Virus record (IMG/VR): IMGVR_UViG_3300006802_000086
Location: 1 to 64,000 of that record
DNA length: 64,000 nucleotides
Direction: 5' to 3' (one strand)
Source: a virus
The position numbers were made by a program, and so were the translations under genes. Each line of letters opens with the position of its first letter. The first letter of the stretch is position 1. The notes below the pieces were generated by a model. It worked only from the letters and a program-made list of their open reading frames with translations, had not been told where the DNA came from and made no database searches. This document shows positions 10,971 to 21,356 of this stretch, piece by piece.

Positions 10971-11275
10971 TGTCATTTTCAAGATATAGTTTTTCAAATA
11001 GGAACAAAGACTTACTAGGCCGGTCTTACATAACAAATTCAAAAGCTTCTTATAAGATATTTAAGGCTGTCGAAAATGGATTAATAGACTATAGTACTAA
11101 AACTTTAGAAGTAGGTGAAAGATTAGATCAGCTTGCTGGTGTTTATTATCAGGATTCTTCATACTGGTGGGTAATTGCTGCAGCCAGTGGAATTGGTTAT
11201 GCTTTGCAAGTACCACCGGGTACAATTTTAAGAATTCCTAATAATTTATCGTCAATATTTGGAGTAATAGTTTGA
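10970..11275 (+). CDS. LysM-like baseplate protein (P2 gpX / T4 gp53-like)
   Basis: GERLDQLAGVYYQDSSYWWVIAAASGI...VPPGTILRIP. Confidence 0.85.
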   Translation: MSFSRYSFSNRNKDLLGRSYITNSKASYKIFKAVENGLIDYSTKTLEVGERLDQLAGVYYQDSSYWWVIAAASGIGYALQVPPGTILRIPNNLSSIFGVIV

Positions 11276-14200
11276 GCAAATATGATAAAATATCCAATTA
11301 TAATGTTGTTAATGAAAATTTTAACAATATCGTTAGAGAATTTGAAGGTTATCTTTTAGGCCTTTCTAAGAATGACTTTTTACTTTTTAATGACAATCTT
11401 AACGTAGCAGAGCAACTAGAATATCTTGCAGAAGCCGCTAGTGTTGCAGGTCAATACGACAATGATCAAATATTTAAAAAAGAAATAGCTCCTAAAATAT
11501 TTGACAGGACAACAGGTGGTTATTTTATACAAGACTATACTAGGTCTTCTCAGCTAAATAGTACAGAAAAAATTGACAATATGGGTGAATATCTTCATTT
11601 AATTTTTGGTGAAGGGAAAGGGTTTTCAACAGATTCTTTTGATATCAGTAATAATGTAGAAAGATTTTCAGACTGTGTTGTTGAAGTTGCTCAAAGCGGA
11701 AGTGAAGGAAGCGCACCATATGCTATATCTAAAATATTACCCTATGTCAATATTTTAAAAATAAACAGACAAAATAAAAAAGATAATCAAGGTAATGATA
11801 TAAAAGATGCAAACGGGGAAATAGTAAAAGAAATATCACACACTGGTTTGAATGTAGAGGAAGACGACGGAGGAGTAATTTACCCAGGATTAGGAGTTGA
11901 CCCGGGTAATCCAGGGCCTACTGTCCCAAATAGGCTTACCACACCTTCTTTGACAGCGCAAACAATACGCATAGATGGAGTGGGCATCAACGGCCGTCAA
12001 GGGTCACATTTGCCTATATTTTTTGGTGGTATTCCACCTATTGAAATGTCTAGATGTGTTCCTTATTTAGATGTAAAAATTATTAGCACAGACTTTGGAG
12101 AAATTGATAGATTAAATCAGGTTTCTTTTATGAGGTTTGTTAAAAATGGCCCTAATGGTGAATATACAACATATGATGGAATTGGAGCACTAAACAATAC
12201 AGCTGATATTATAGGCGAACAAACTTCTAAATCAGGTACAAAAAATAAAGTATCTAATATGAATATTTTTACTAGCCCGCAAACAATGGCTAATGCAAAT
12301 ATTAATAGGATGAACGGAGAAGGTACTTTTGACCAGACAATTGAAACTAGTCTTTTTGGTGCAAAAAATCAAAACAATCCTGTATACGAACCCATCTCAC
12401 CTTTTTTGACTCTCAAATCTTTTGATGTTAGTATTACAGGAGCAGGAGCAGGACTTTTTGCTTCAAAGTCAGGAAGTCTTAAATTAATACTTCATGATCG
12501 ATCTAGAATGAAGGATCTAGCACCTCTTTTAGCAACAGATAGATTTGCAACAACTAAGATACAGATAGAATTTGGCTGGAACCATCCTGACGGTACAGTA
12601 GGTGGTGAAAATATTATAGGACAATATCTCGACGGGCTTAAAGACATACACATTTACCAGGTTGTTGGATCTGATTATAGCTTTGGGGATGGAGGTGCAG
12701 TTGATATAACTGTTAAACTTGTTGCTTACGGCTTTAGAGAGAATAAAAAAGTTCATTGCGGTGCCGGACCGTTTGTACCAATTAATAGTTTGACTGATTT
12801 AATTGAAACTGCTGTTTTTCAACTTAACTCAAAAATTAATCAAGACAAAGATTACCCTCCTGAGGTTAGGCAAAAATTAAAATTAAACGCAAGAAGTGCT
12901 AGAAGTTTAAATTCAATTGTCACTTGGGAAGAATGGAAGTTTATAAGTGAGTATTTAGGAAAAGATAAGTCAAAAGATGAACTTTTAAATATTATTAAGG
13001 CTGTTTTATCTCCGGAAGTAGATGATGACAATAGTAATCTAGCTGCTGAAAATGCCCTAAGAACTGTATTGAATAAAGATGAAAATAAAGAAACTTTAAT
13101 TAGATCGATGTTTGGAAAAATTTTTGGACTTAGAAGAGACTATAGTACTCCTTTTGTGTATTCTTTTCATAAAAACTTAAATACAGATGTAATAGGTCTT
13201 ATTGATTATAAGTCTGCCAATCGATCTTCTATTGTAGATAAATACAGAATATTTAGAAACAGTAATAAAAAGTACACAAATTTAAAAGACGATAAACCTG
13301 TGACTCTAGGAAAACTTTTAATGTCATTTGTAGGTTGGCCTTTAGCTTCGACATGCGCATACGATGAAGTACAAATGATATTTTATCCTTTAAATCACCA
13401 TGCGGGTCTAGCCAGAGGTCATACTACAGCTAGTTTACCAATACCACTTAATCGTGTAGAGGAAATGTTAATTGATCAAATTAATAAAAATTCTCACATA
13501 ACAGTTGAAACGTTTGTAAACCTCTTAGAAAGAAAACTAATAAGAGATAGAGCACTTCCTGCTTATGGATTTTCAGAAATAACATCTTTGTCACAGATTG
13601 AAAGACTTAAGGATAACAAGACACCTGATCAAAAGTTCTGGTCTATGATACAAATACTTGTAGACACAAACGGGCAAGGGCTAAATGAGAGTGATGAAAC
13701 AGATAAGCAGATTAAAAGTCTCGTTGACAAAACAATCCGTTCCGGAACTGATTTGACAGCTGGGAATAGCGAGGCATCATTTAATGCCACTCCCGATAAT
13801 ATCAAACCTAGAATAAGAGAACTTTATAACGATCACATAACAAAACTTAAAAACAGTATTGATACGGAGATACGAGCTAAATGTAAATCTTATTATGAAA
13901 AAGATGGACTAGGACTAGCTGAACCAAAATTTGTTCCCCCTAACTTAGCAATGGTGTTTGAAACTGTACCTGCAATTGATATTCAAAATGTTGTAGAGGG
14001 AAGTTTTGTATCTAATTTATGGGAAGGCGTTAAAAACGGAATTGGTCTAGAAAATAATGAGTCAAATGGATTAACTGAAAAAACCATTCTTAGAATTCAT
14101 GTATACGATGAAGAGTCAGTGTCATCACCTGAAGATGCAACTTTATTAAGTGCAATTAATAATAAATCTGCATCTAGTCAAATAATTGGAAAAAACAAAG

Positions 14201-14685
14201 ACGAAGAAAGCATAAGAGAGCTTATTGATAAACTATCTTTTGGAGAAATGAAAGAGTACATAAAAAGAAACGTTCCTACTTTGGTATACGGAGCTAGTAC
14301 ATCAACTGTTAAGTCTTTATCAGTTAGCGCAAATACTTCCGGTGATTTAGCTAACGTTTTAATGATAGAAGCATACGGTGGTTTGCAAAACGGTCAAGTC
14401 GATGGACAAAGCTATGATACTAGTTTTGAAGAAGTTGTAGTATTTCCTAATACAGTATCAGTAGGGATGTTAGGTATGCCTATGATAAGTAGAGGGACAA
14501 CCCTTTTTATTGATTTTGGGACAAATACTAGTTTAGATGGTATATACACAGTTACATCAGTTTCTCATAACATTGGTCCTGGAGAGTTTTCGACAACATT
14601 GCAGCTATCTCCTACCGGTCAAGGTGCTGTTACATCCTTTAAAGATAAGTTAGCTAATGCTATAGCTTTAAATAATTCTCAATAA
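11272..14685 (+). CDS. Baseplate hub protein (gp27/late-control-D-like C-terminus)
   Basis: IEFGWNHP; C-terminal GMPMI...GIYTVTSVSHNIGPGEFSTTLQL. Confidence 0.65.
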   Translation: MSKYDKISNYNVVNENFNNIVREFEGYLLGLSKNDFLLFNDNLNVAEQLEYLAEAASVAGQYDNDQIFKKEIAPKIFDRTTGGYFIQDYTRSSQLNSTEKIDNMGEYLHLIFGEGKGFSTDSFDISNNVERFSDCVVEVAQSGSEGSAPYAISKILPYVNILKINRQNKKDNQGNDIKDANGEIVKEISHTGLNVEEDDGGVIYPGLGVDPGNPGPTVPNRLTTPSLTAQTIRIDGVGINGRQGSHLPIFFGGIPPIEMSRCVPYLDVKIISTDFGEIDRLNQVSFMRFVKNGPNGEYTTYDGIGALNNTADIIGEQTSKSGTKNKVSNMNIFTSPQTMANANINRMNGEGTFDQTIETSLFGAKNQNNPVYEPISPFLTLKSFDVSITGAGAGLFASKSGSLKLILHDRSRMKDLAPLLATDRFATTKIQIEFGWNHPDGTVGGENIIGQYLDGLKDIHIYQVVGSDYSFGDGGAVDITVKLVAYGFRENKKVHCGAGPFVPINSLTDLIETAVFQLNSKINQDKDYPPEVRQKLKLNARSARSLNSIVTWEEWKFISEYLGKDKSKDELLNIIKAVLSPEVDDDNSNLAAENALRTVLNKDENKETLIRSMFGKIFGLRRDYSTPFVYSFHKNLNTDVIGLIDYKSANRSSIVDKYRIFRNSNKKYTNLKDDKPVTLGKLLMSFVGWPLASTCAYDEVQMIFYPLNHHAGLARGHTTASLPIPLNRVEEMLIDQINKNSHITVETFVNLLERKLIRDRALPAYGFSEITSLSQIERLKDNKTPDQKFWSMIQILVDTNGQGLNESDETDKQIKSLVDKTIRSGTDLTAGNSEASFNATPDNIKPRIRELYNDHITKLKNSIDTEIRAKCKSYYEKDGLGLAEPKFVPPNLAMVFETVPAIDIQNVVEGSFVSNLWEGVKNGIGLENNESNGLTEKTILRIHVYDEESVSSPEDATLLSAINNKSASSQIIGKNKDEESIRELIDKLSFGEMKEYIKRNVPTLVYGASTSTVKSLSVSANTSGDLANVLMIEAYGGLQNGQVDGQSYDTSFEEVVVFPNTVSVGMLGMPMISRGTTLFIDFGTNTSLDGIYTVTSVSHNIGPGEFSTTLQLSPTGQGAVTSFKDKLANAIALNNSQ

Positions 14686-14726
14686 TCATATTGTAAATTT
14701 TTACTATTTTGTAGTATATAAACTAT

Positions 14727-15787
14727 ATGACTTATGAAATTAAAAAAGATAAAAGATTCAATATTATTATTTCAGGTGAATATTCACCAACTGGAAATAA
14801 AATAAAAATAGACAATTCGTCAATTGACAATATTGATATTGAAAGTTTGAATAGAATTCGTATACTTTCTAATTTAGAAAAAATTAAAACAATTAAAGAA
14901 TTCTATTCAAACTTTTTTATGTCGCTAAATTGTCAGACAGTTTTAGACTATAAAAGAATGTTAGGGTTCAAAAAAACAAAAGAGTATATTGACTATTTAA
15001 AAGAAGAAATTAATTCATCAGTTTGCATGATAACTAGTTATCATTATGAAATATTTCCTCTGAGAAAAAAATGTTACTTAGACTTAAATGACGTTTTATA
15101 TGAAGGAAATATATTAGAAAAACCAATATATGACCACAGTGGTGTGACCGGTAGAACTAGTATTAAAAAAGGATTTAATTACCTCACACTAAAAAAAGAA
15201 AACAGAAAAAAACTAAAATCTACAAACAAAGAAAATATTTTAGTCGAAGTTGACTTTAAGTCTTGTGAACCGTTCTTTTATTTAAAGTCACAGGGGCATA
15301 AGATTAATCAGAATGATGTTTATTCATGGGTTTGTGATAATTATAATATTAAGATAAAAGATCGATCCAGGGTTAAGCGCGGGATATTAGCTTTAATATA
15401 TGGAGCTAATGAGTATACAATTTCTAAATTAATGGGAGTAAAAGAATCTGTCGCTCTTGATATTAAAAAAGACTTAGGCGTACAGACTTAAATGATCGAT
15501 TAGAAAAAGAGTTTATCGAAAATGGATATGTTTTAAATTACTACGGAAGACCAATAACAAGTAATAACAATTTAGTTAACTACTGGATTCAATCTTCAGC
15601 AGTTGATTTTTGCTCATTAGCTTTTTTACAGTTTTATAATCATCAAAATATTGCACCTAGTTTTTTTATCCACGACAGTATGACTTTTGAAACATCGTTA
15701 AAAAGATTTAATGATATCAAAAATATTGTATCTATAAAAGAAAAACATTCAAACATAGAAATACCAGTGGAATTTAATCTATTATAG
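14727..15787 (+). pseudogene. Minimal family A DNA polymerase domain, broken by a -1 frame change near 15467-15490
   Basis: Frame 1 (14727-15491): TGR, motif A EVDFKSCEP, motif B RVKRGILALIYGA. The -1 frame (15467-15787): NYYGRP, NYWIQSSAVD, motif C IHDS. Confidence 0.8.
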
Positions 15788-15801
15788 TAATAATTACTAT
15801 T

Positions 15802-17055
15802 ATGAGAAAAATAAAAGAAATCAAAACCGGAGCTTTTCGTCCTAGTATAGACAGTATAGGTTTAGGTACACATAATAGAACAATGGGAAGGTCTAGTCCG
15901 TCCACCGGTGCAGACTCTTGGTTTAGTAGATATTCCCAGTCTCCGCCTAATATAGTTTTAGATGATGAAGAATACGAAGAAGATGAAGATATGATATTGG
16001 AAAATAGAGTATATAAAAACGGTAAATACTGTCTAATAGAAACTTTAAATAACTTATTAGAACAGCCTGACTATGTTACTCCTTATAGGATTATGGCCGA
16101 TAAGATTAATCAAGCATCCCAAAAAAGAAAAGAAAATGTTAGAAATTTAGATAGTTTAGAAGACATGGTTGAAGATCCAATAGATGAAATGTCTGCCGGT
16201 GGCGTTGCAGGCGTTGCTGTTCCTTTAGGTCATACGAGTAAAGGAAAACCTGAGACTAAGTCACAAAGAAGAAAACGACAAAAGTACAATAGAGAAAAAA
16301 GCTATCCACTTGGTGAAAATTTCCACCAGGATATAATTAAAGAAGGCTGGCGCGAATTGCTTTCAACTATAACAGCAGGAAATATTGATCATAGAAAAAG
16401 GTTAGAAATAGAATACGAGTCGACATTGGATGATATAGCATTATATATTGACTCTAGTAATAAGCATATTAACATATACACCTATATACCAGTAGGTTTT
16501 AACGGAAGCTCCGCTGTAATTGATGTATATAACCCACCTAAGTTGGTAGGTTTTATTAAATCAAGATTGCTTTCTTCTAAATCGAATCCTTGTATACCGA
16601 AAACTTTTCACGTAAAAGTGTCAGCTGTTGCTAAAGATTTTCAAGGAAAAGGTATGGGTAAATTAATTTACAATATCTTAGCAACTGTTGCAAAAAGCAA
16701 AGGTGCAGGAATAACCTCAGATCATAATGTCTCGACCTCTCCATCCGCTACTAGGGTCTGGAATAGTATGGATAGGAACCCAAACTATACTAAAAGAGTT
16801 ACGAAAGCAGGAAATGATAAATTTGATTATAACGGATCAACACCTTTTGATACAGAAGATGATTGCAAGAGACCTGGGATGGGTGAACCTGCTATTGATC
16901 ATAGCCTAGAAATAATTGCTGGTATTGATGATCAAATGGAAGTCATGGAGAGAAGACATAAGAAATACACATCCGATGCAATAAGAATGAACGCATCAGC
17001 CATGAGAAGAAAATTAAAGCATTCCGGTTCTGATACCTTTGACGAAGTTTATTAA
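15802..17055 (+). CDS. Acidic N-terminal region plus C-terminal GNAT acetyltransferase domain
   Basis: SAVAKDFQGKGMGKLIY (acetyl-CoA motif A) followed by SPSATRVW. Confidence 0.6.
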   Translation: MRKIKEIKTGAFRPSIDSIGLGTHNRTMGRSSPSTGADSWFSRYSQSPPNIVLDDEEYEEDEDMILENRVYKNGKYCLIETLNNLLEQPDYVTPYRIMADKINQASQKRKENVRNLDSLEDMVEDPIDEMSAGGVAGVAVPLGHTSKGKPETKSQRRKRQKYNREKSYPLGENFHQDIIKEGWRELLSTITAGNIDHRKRLEIEYESTLDDIALYIDSSNKHINIYTYIPVGFNGSSAVIDVYNPPKLVGFIKSRLLSSKSNPCIPKTFHVKVSAVAKDFQGKGMGKLIYNILATVAKSKGAGITSDHNVSTSPSATRVWNSMDRNPNYTKRVTKAGNDKFDYNGSTPFDTEDDCKRPGMGEPAIDHSLEIIAGIDDQMEVMERRHKKYTSDAIRMNASAMRRKLKHSGSDTFDEVY

Positions 17056-17163
17056 TAAAAAATTAATTTTTTTAATAAATTTTCTCTTAACACAGTAATA
17101 TATTAAAGTTCAATTAATCATTTAGATTTTGAATATTACAAGTTAGACATTAAAGGAGAAAAT

Positions 17164-17949
17164 ATGGCACTTGATTTTGACGCGATTAAACGCAAATTAG
17201 ACAAACTTAGTGGTAATACTACCAGCAGAAATGTAATGTGGAAACCTGAAGAAGGGCAAGAATATAAGGTAAGACTTCTTTCTTTCCCTAACAACGACGG
17301 TCAACCATTTAAAGAGCTTATGTTCTATTATAACATTCCAGGACAAAGAGGCCTTCTGGCACCAAGTCAATTTGGTAAGCGTGACCCAGTTCAAGAACTT
17401 ATTACAAAGCTTCGTGATGAAGGAACAAAAGAAAGCTATGAAATGGCAAAGAAATTGTATCCTAAAATGCGTGTATATGCTCCTGTCTTAGTTCGAGGAG
17501 AAGAAGGTGAAGGTGTTCGAATTTGGTCATTTGGAAAACTAGTATATCAGTCTTTATTATCTCTTATGATGGATGAAGATTATGGTGATATTACAGATCT
17601 TAAAACAGGAACTGATCTTAAAATTAAGTGCACCAAAGCACCTGGTCAGCAATGGGCAAAGACTGAAGTATTACCTGTTCGAAAGTCATCTGCACTCTCT
17701 AGTGACGCAAAACAAGCTAAACAATGGGTTGATGACATTCCTGATATCGATAGTATTTTTCAAATTAAGTCTTATGATGAGTTATCGAATATCATCAATG
17801 GATGGCTTAACGGTGATGAAGTCGAAACTGAAGGTTCAGAATGGGGAACAAAAGGTAGTTCTACATCAGATACTGACTCTAATAATGGAGAAAATTCAGA
17901 TAGCTCATATTCGAGTTTAGATGATGCCTTTTCTGACTTAATGAGTTAA
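17164..17949 (+). CDS. Single-stranded DNA-binding protein (T4 gp32-like)
   Basis: WKP, VRLL, DP, GVRIWSFGK, DYGDITD..TGTD, acidic tail ending LDDAFSDLMS; SD AAAGGAG. Confidence 0.85.
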   Translation: MALDFDAIKRKLDKLSGNTTSRNVMWKPEEGQEYKVRLLSFPNNDGQPFKELMFYYNIPGQRGLLAPSQFGKRDPVQELITKLRDEGTKESYEMAKKLYPKMRVYAPVLVRGEEGEGVRIWSFGKLVYQSLLSLMMDEDYGDITDLKTGTDLKIKCTKAPGQQWAKTEVLPVRKSSALSSDAKQAKQWVDDIPDIDSIFQIKSYDELSNIINGWLNGDEVETEGSEWGTKGSSTSDTDSNNGENSDSSYSSLDDAFSDLMS

Positions 17950-17985
17950 GTTATATCTAACAAAAATATTAAGTTTTATATTTTT

Positions 17986-18013
17986 AAGCCCGAATTTATT
18001 CGGGCTTTTTTTG
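17986..18013 (+). terminator. Rho-independent terminator after SSB
   Basis: AAGCCCGAAT-tt-ATTCGGGCTT followed by a T run. Confidence 0.85.
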
Positions 18014-18069
18014 TTTTATTGATATAATTACTACTAAAGACAAAATATTTGTAAAAAAGAGGTGTAATA

Positions 18070-20136
18070 ATGGCAATGACAAACTATGCTTATGTTTTAG
18101 TTGAATCAAATAGGCAAAAATCAATACAGAGCAGAAGGTGGTTAAAACATAATCCAGGGTTAATACAAGAAAGCTATGATGCTATAACATTTGAATCGAT
18201 TAATTTTGAAAATTTTTATAAAAGAAATAAGATCATTATTGATGAAGCACACAATCAAATATTAGAACACTACGGTTTTTCAAACAGTGATATTGAATAT
18301 CTTAGAGAAAACTGGCTAAAAGACTTAGCTATTGATATTGGTATTGGTGCAGGTTCTATGATACCTGGTATCGGATCTGCAATTGCTACTGGTGGTGTTT
18401 TTTATTATCTTAATAGAGCATTAAACGCAAATCAAAGAGGAGAAATGTTTACAGCCTTTATGGAAGTATTTAGTGCAATCATGACCAGCGCATCAGTAGT
18501 TCCGGCTATAGGAACAGCTTTGACTGCTATTGGAAAAGGACTAATGGCACCTGTCAAAGGATTTCTAGGTCTATTTAAAGGTGGTGGAAAAATTGCAACT
18601 GCTTTTGCTAAGATATTTTCTTGGTTTGGAAAAGGAGCACCTGCAGCAGAAAAAGCAGTCGCTGAAGAAGCAGCAGTAGTTGTATCATCAGCTGCTAAAG
18701 AAGCATCAGCAATTGGGAAAGGCCTAGAAAAACTAGAAGGCCCGCTTGAAACCCTAGCAAAATCGCTTAAAGATACAAACTCAGTTTGGTATAAAATAGC
18801 AGATAAAATTCCAGGTGGAAAGAAAACACTTGAGTTATTAGCTAAAGGTGTAGAAAGTATTAGAAGTATTGGAAGCTTAATAACAAAACTAGGAAAAGCA
18901 GAAGGAGATGAAGCACTTGCAGCTGTTGCCGGGAGTATTGATGAAGTTGCTGAAGTAGGTGGAGCTATAGGTAATGAAGCACTTAAGGCGGAAGCAACAG
19001 CCTTAAAGGCAGAAAAAGCAGCTTTGCAGCGGGAATTATCAGCAACTGCAAAAGAGGCACGTGCAGCATCTAAGGCAGCAAAAACTAGTAGAGAAGCTGC
19101 TGCAGCAACCGATGCACTTGATGCAGCAGCCGATGCAGCTAGACTAGAATTAAGATCTGGGTTTAAAGAAGTTGAAAGAGCTATGAAAGCAGGAGAATAT
19201 GTAGATCCTAAACTTGTCAATCAAATTTCCGATGCAACTTTGGCCAAAGCTGACGACATTGCAAGAGAAGCCGCTGAAGTACTGCCAGATGCATTTAAAA
19301 ATATGAGTCCCGATGAAATAGCAAACGCATTTTTTAAGGATGGTTCCCAGATAAGCTCATTTAAATCTCAGCTTAAAAAAGCAGGAATGCTTTCTGATGA
19401 CTTAGCAAGACTAACAGGGGATGAATTTGCAATAGAATTTGCAAAACAATTCAAAAACGGCCCAGTGGAAATTGCAGACATTGTAAAGACAGCATCTGGA
19501 GTAGTGTCTGTACACGTAAGAGGCGCTAATGGTGCAATATTAAAAGCAACCCCTATGAATATATTTAACATGTTTGGCCCAGAAGAAGGATTCAAAGCAT
19601 GTATGAAAATATTTGAAGGAGGAATTGAGTCAGCAACAGCTGAAGCTCTAAGAGTTGCAACTAAAGAAATGACAGAAGCAGCAACAGAAGCAGCCGCAAA
19701 AAGAGGCGTTGCAACAAATATTGCTAAGAAAATAAAATTGATAAATTCACAACTTGACGATATCATTCCTAGGATAGTTACAGAAACAATGGAAGAAGTT
19801 GCTGAATCCGGTGCAAGAGAAGTAGGGGAAGAAGTTGCAGAAGAAGCTATAAAAAATACTCCGGGATTGCTTAAGGCAATGCTGAAAGGCGTTCAAAAAA
19901 GAGCATACGATCGTTTGGCTGTTTATTTAATTAAAGCTTTAGAAATGGATGATGTTGAAAAGAGACAGGCGACTTACGGAACAAGAGATGATGGAAGAAT
20001 GACTAGTGACGAAAGAAGTGATGCTCAAGGATTAAATGAATATTTTGAAATGAGACAATTGAATAATTTAATTAGAGAGTCAAGAAGAAGATCTAGAATA
20101 ATTAAGGGTCAAAAATTATCTAGATTGATCCATTAA
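18070..20136 (+). CDS. Ala/Gly-rich helical protein with a hydrophobic hairpin (pre-toxin-TG-like); possible virion-ejected protein
   Basis: GIGAGSMIPGIGSAIATGGVFYYL...SVVPAIGTAL; long Ala-rich helices; SD GAGGTG. Confidence 0.5.
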   Translation: MAMTNYAYVLVESNRQKSIQSRRWLKHNPGLIQESYDAITFESINFENFYKRNKIIIDEAHNQILEHYGFSNSDIEYLRENWLKDLAIDIGIGAGSMIPGIGSAIATGGVFYYLNRALNANQRGEMFTAFMEVFSAIMTSASVVPAIGTALTAIGKGLMAPVKGFLGLFKGGGKIATAFAKIFSWFGKGAPAAEKAVAEEAAVVVSSAAKEASAIGKGLEKLEGPLETLAKSLKDTNSVWYKIADKIPGGKKTLELLAKGVESIRSIGSLITKLGKAEGDEALAAVAGSIDEVAEVGGAIGNEALKAEATALKAEKAALQRELSATAKEARAASKAAKTSREAAAATDALDAAADAARLELRSGFKEVERAMKAGEYVDPKLVNQISDATLAKADDIAREAAEVLPDAFKNMSPDEIANAFFKDGSQISSFKSQLKKAGMLSDDLARLTGDEFAIEFAKQFKNGPVEIADIVKTASGVVSVHVRGANGAILKATPMNIFNMFGPEEGFKACMKIFEGGIESATAEALRVATKEMTEAATEAAAKRGVATNIAKKIKLINSQLDDIIPRIVTETMEEVAESGAREVGEEVAEEAIKNTPGLLKAMLKGVQKRAYDRLAVYLIKALEMDDVEKRQATYGTRDDGRMTSDERSDAQGLNEYFEMRQLNNLIRESRRRSRIIKGQKLSRLIH

Positions 20137-20139
20137 TTA

Positions 20140-20168
20140 TTGAAAATATCGAACGTTTGATATATACT
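20140..20168 (+). promoter_or_regulatory. Sigma70-like promoter of the recA operon
   Basis: TTGAAA-N17-TATACT. Confidence 0.7.
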
Positions 20169-20192
20169 CTTAATAACAAGAAAGGAGTGTAT

Positions 20193-21356
20193 ATGACAAA
20201 TAAAGATGATTTTACTTCACAATTAATTAAGTCTCTAAATAAGGACTATAAAACAAAAGTAGCTTATAATTTGGCTGAAGATGAAAGCCCAACGCAAGTA
20301 AAAAGATGGGTTAGCACAGGTTCTAAACTCTTAGATTATATTTGTGCAAATCAAGAAAACGGAGGGTTTCCTGAGGGTAGAATTGTTGAAATGTTTGGTC
20401 CACCGTCTATTGGTAAGTCACATATCGCAACACAGATTGCAAGAAGTACCCAAAAAATGGGTGGTATTGTTGTATATATTGATACAGAAAACGCAACGAG
20501 TATTGAGAATCTAGGAAATTTAGGTGTAGACGTGTCCCAAAGATTTGTATATGTAGATACACATTGCACTGAAGAAGTTCTAGATCTTGCAGAAAAAACT
20601 ATTCTTAAAGCAAAAGCATTAGATAAAGATGTACCCGTTACGATCATTTGGGATAGTGTGGCAGCATCATCACCAAAAGCCGAGCTCTTAGGAGACTATG
20701 ATAAAGAAAGTATTGGATTGCAAGCACGAGCAATTTCAAAAGGAATGAGAAAAATTACTGGCGTAATTGGACAAACAAATAGTTTACTAGTTTGTTTAAA
20801 TCAAATTAGAACAAAAGTAGGAGTTATGTATGGAGATCCTGATACTACACCCGGAGGTAAGGCAATACCTTTTCACTCATCTATACGAATCAAATTGGGA
20901 GCAGGACAACAAATCAAAGAAGGCGACGATGTTATCGGTATTAATGTCTGGGCTAAGACAGTTAAAAATAAAGTTGCACCGCCATTTAGGAAAGTAGCAT
21001 TTCAAATTCACTTTGGAAAAGGCATTGTTGAGCACGAGGAAACATTTGACTTGTTAAGAAAACACGGCATGGTAAACTGTGGTGATCGATCCTATCAGAT
21101 ATCTGGGACAGGTGGTTGGAAAAATATTGAAATGTTTGACGAAACTGGTACTTTGATTGAGTCCAAAAAGTTTAGAAAAACAGAATTTAATGAAATTATG
21201 ACAGATAATTTTTGGGGCCCTGTTGTTGATATTATTTTAAAAGATGCGATGGTTAAAAAAATGGGAACTAGTGAAGGTGTAGAAATAGACTCTGACTCTT
21301 ATGAAGAAATTAGATCACTTAATGATATGTTAGACTTTGAAGAGAGTGATATTTGA
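20193..21356 (+). CDS. recA: RecA/UvsX recombinase
   Basis: STGS..LD, GFPEGRIVEMFGPPSIGKS, YIDTE, IWDSVAA, LNQIR, PGGKAIPFHSSIRI, KNKVAPPFR; ATG 20193 with SD AAGGAG. Confidence 0.95.
   Translation: MTNKDDFTSQLIKSLNKDYKTKVAYNLAEDESPTQVKRWVSTGSKLLDYICANQENGGFPEGRIVEMFGPPSIGKSHIATQIARSTQKMGGIVVYIDTENATSIENLGNLGVDVSQRFVYVDTHCTEEVLDLAEKTILKAKALDKDVPVTIIWDSVAASSPKAELLGDYDKESIGLQARAISKGMRKITGVIGQTNSLLVCLNQIRTKVGVMYGDPDTTPGGKAIPFHSSIRIKLGAGQQIKEGDDVIGINVWAKTVKNKVAPPFRKVAFQIHFGKGIVEHEETFDLLRKHGMVNCGDRSYQISGTGGWKNIEMFDETGTLIESKKFRKTEFNEIMTDNFWGPVVDIILKDAMVKKMGTSEGVEIDSDSYEEIRSLNDMLDFEESDI

Noticed and set aside
1-14685. Extracellular contractile injection system or tailocin in a bacterial chromosome
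   Set aside because: It is contiguous with phage-type SSB, helicase, recombinase, polymerase and RNR genes, and there is no cellular housekeeping context
14691-14722. TTGTAA promoter candidates before the PolA fragment and before nei (39622)
   Set aside because: The -35 matches, but there is no clean -10 at 17 bp, so they are not listed as features
18432-19766. Long antisense ORFs (18432-19220, 19368-19766; also 35283-35957 and the + strand ORFs within 45211-49272)
   Set aside because: They are shadows of biased codon usage in the real genes, with no SD or recognisable motifs
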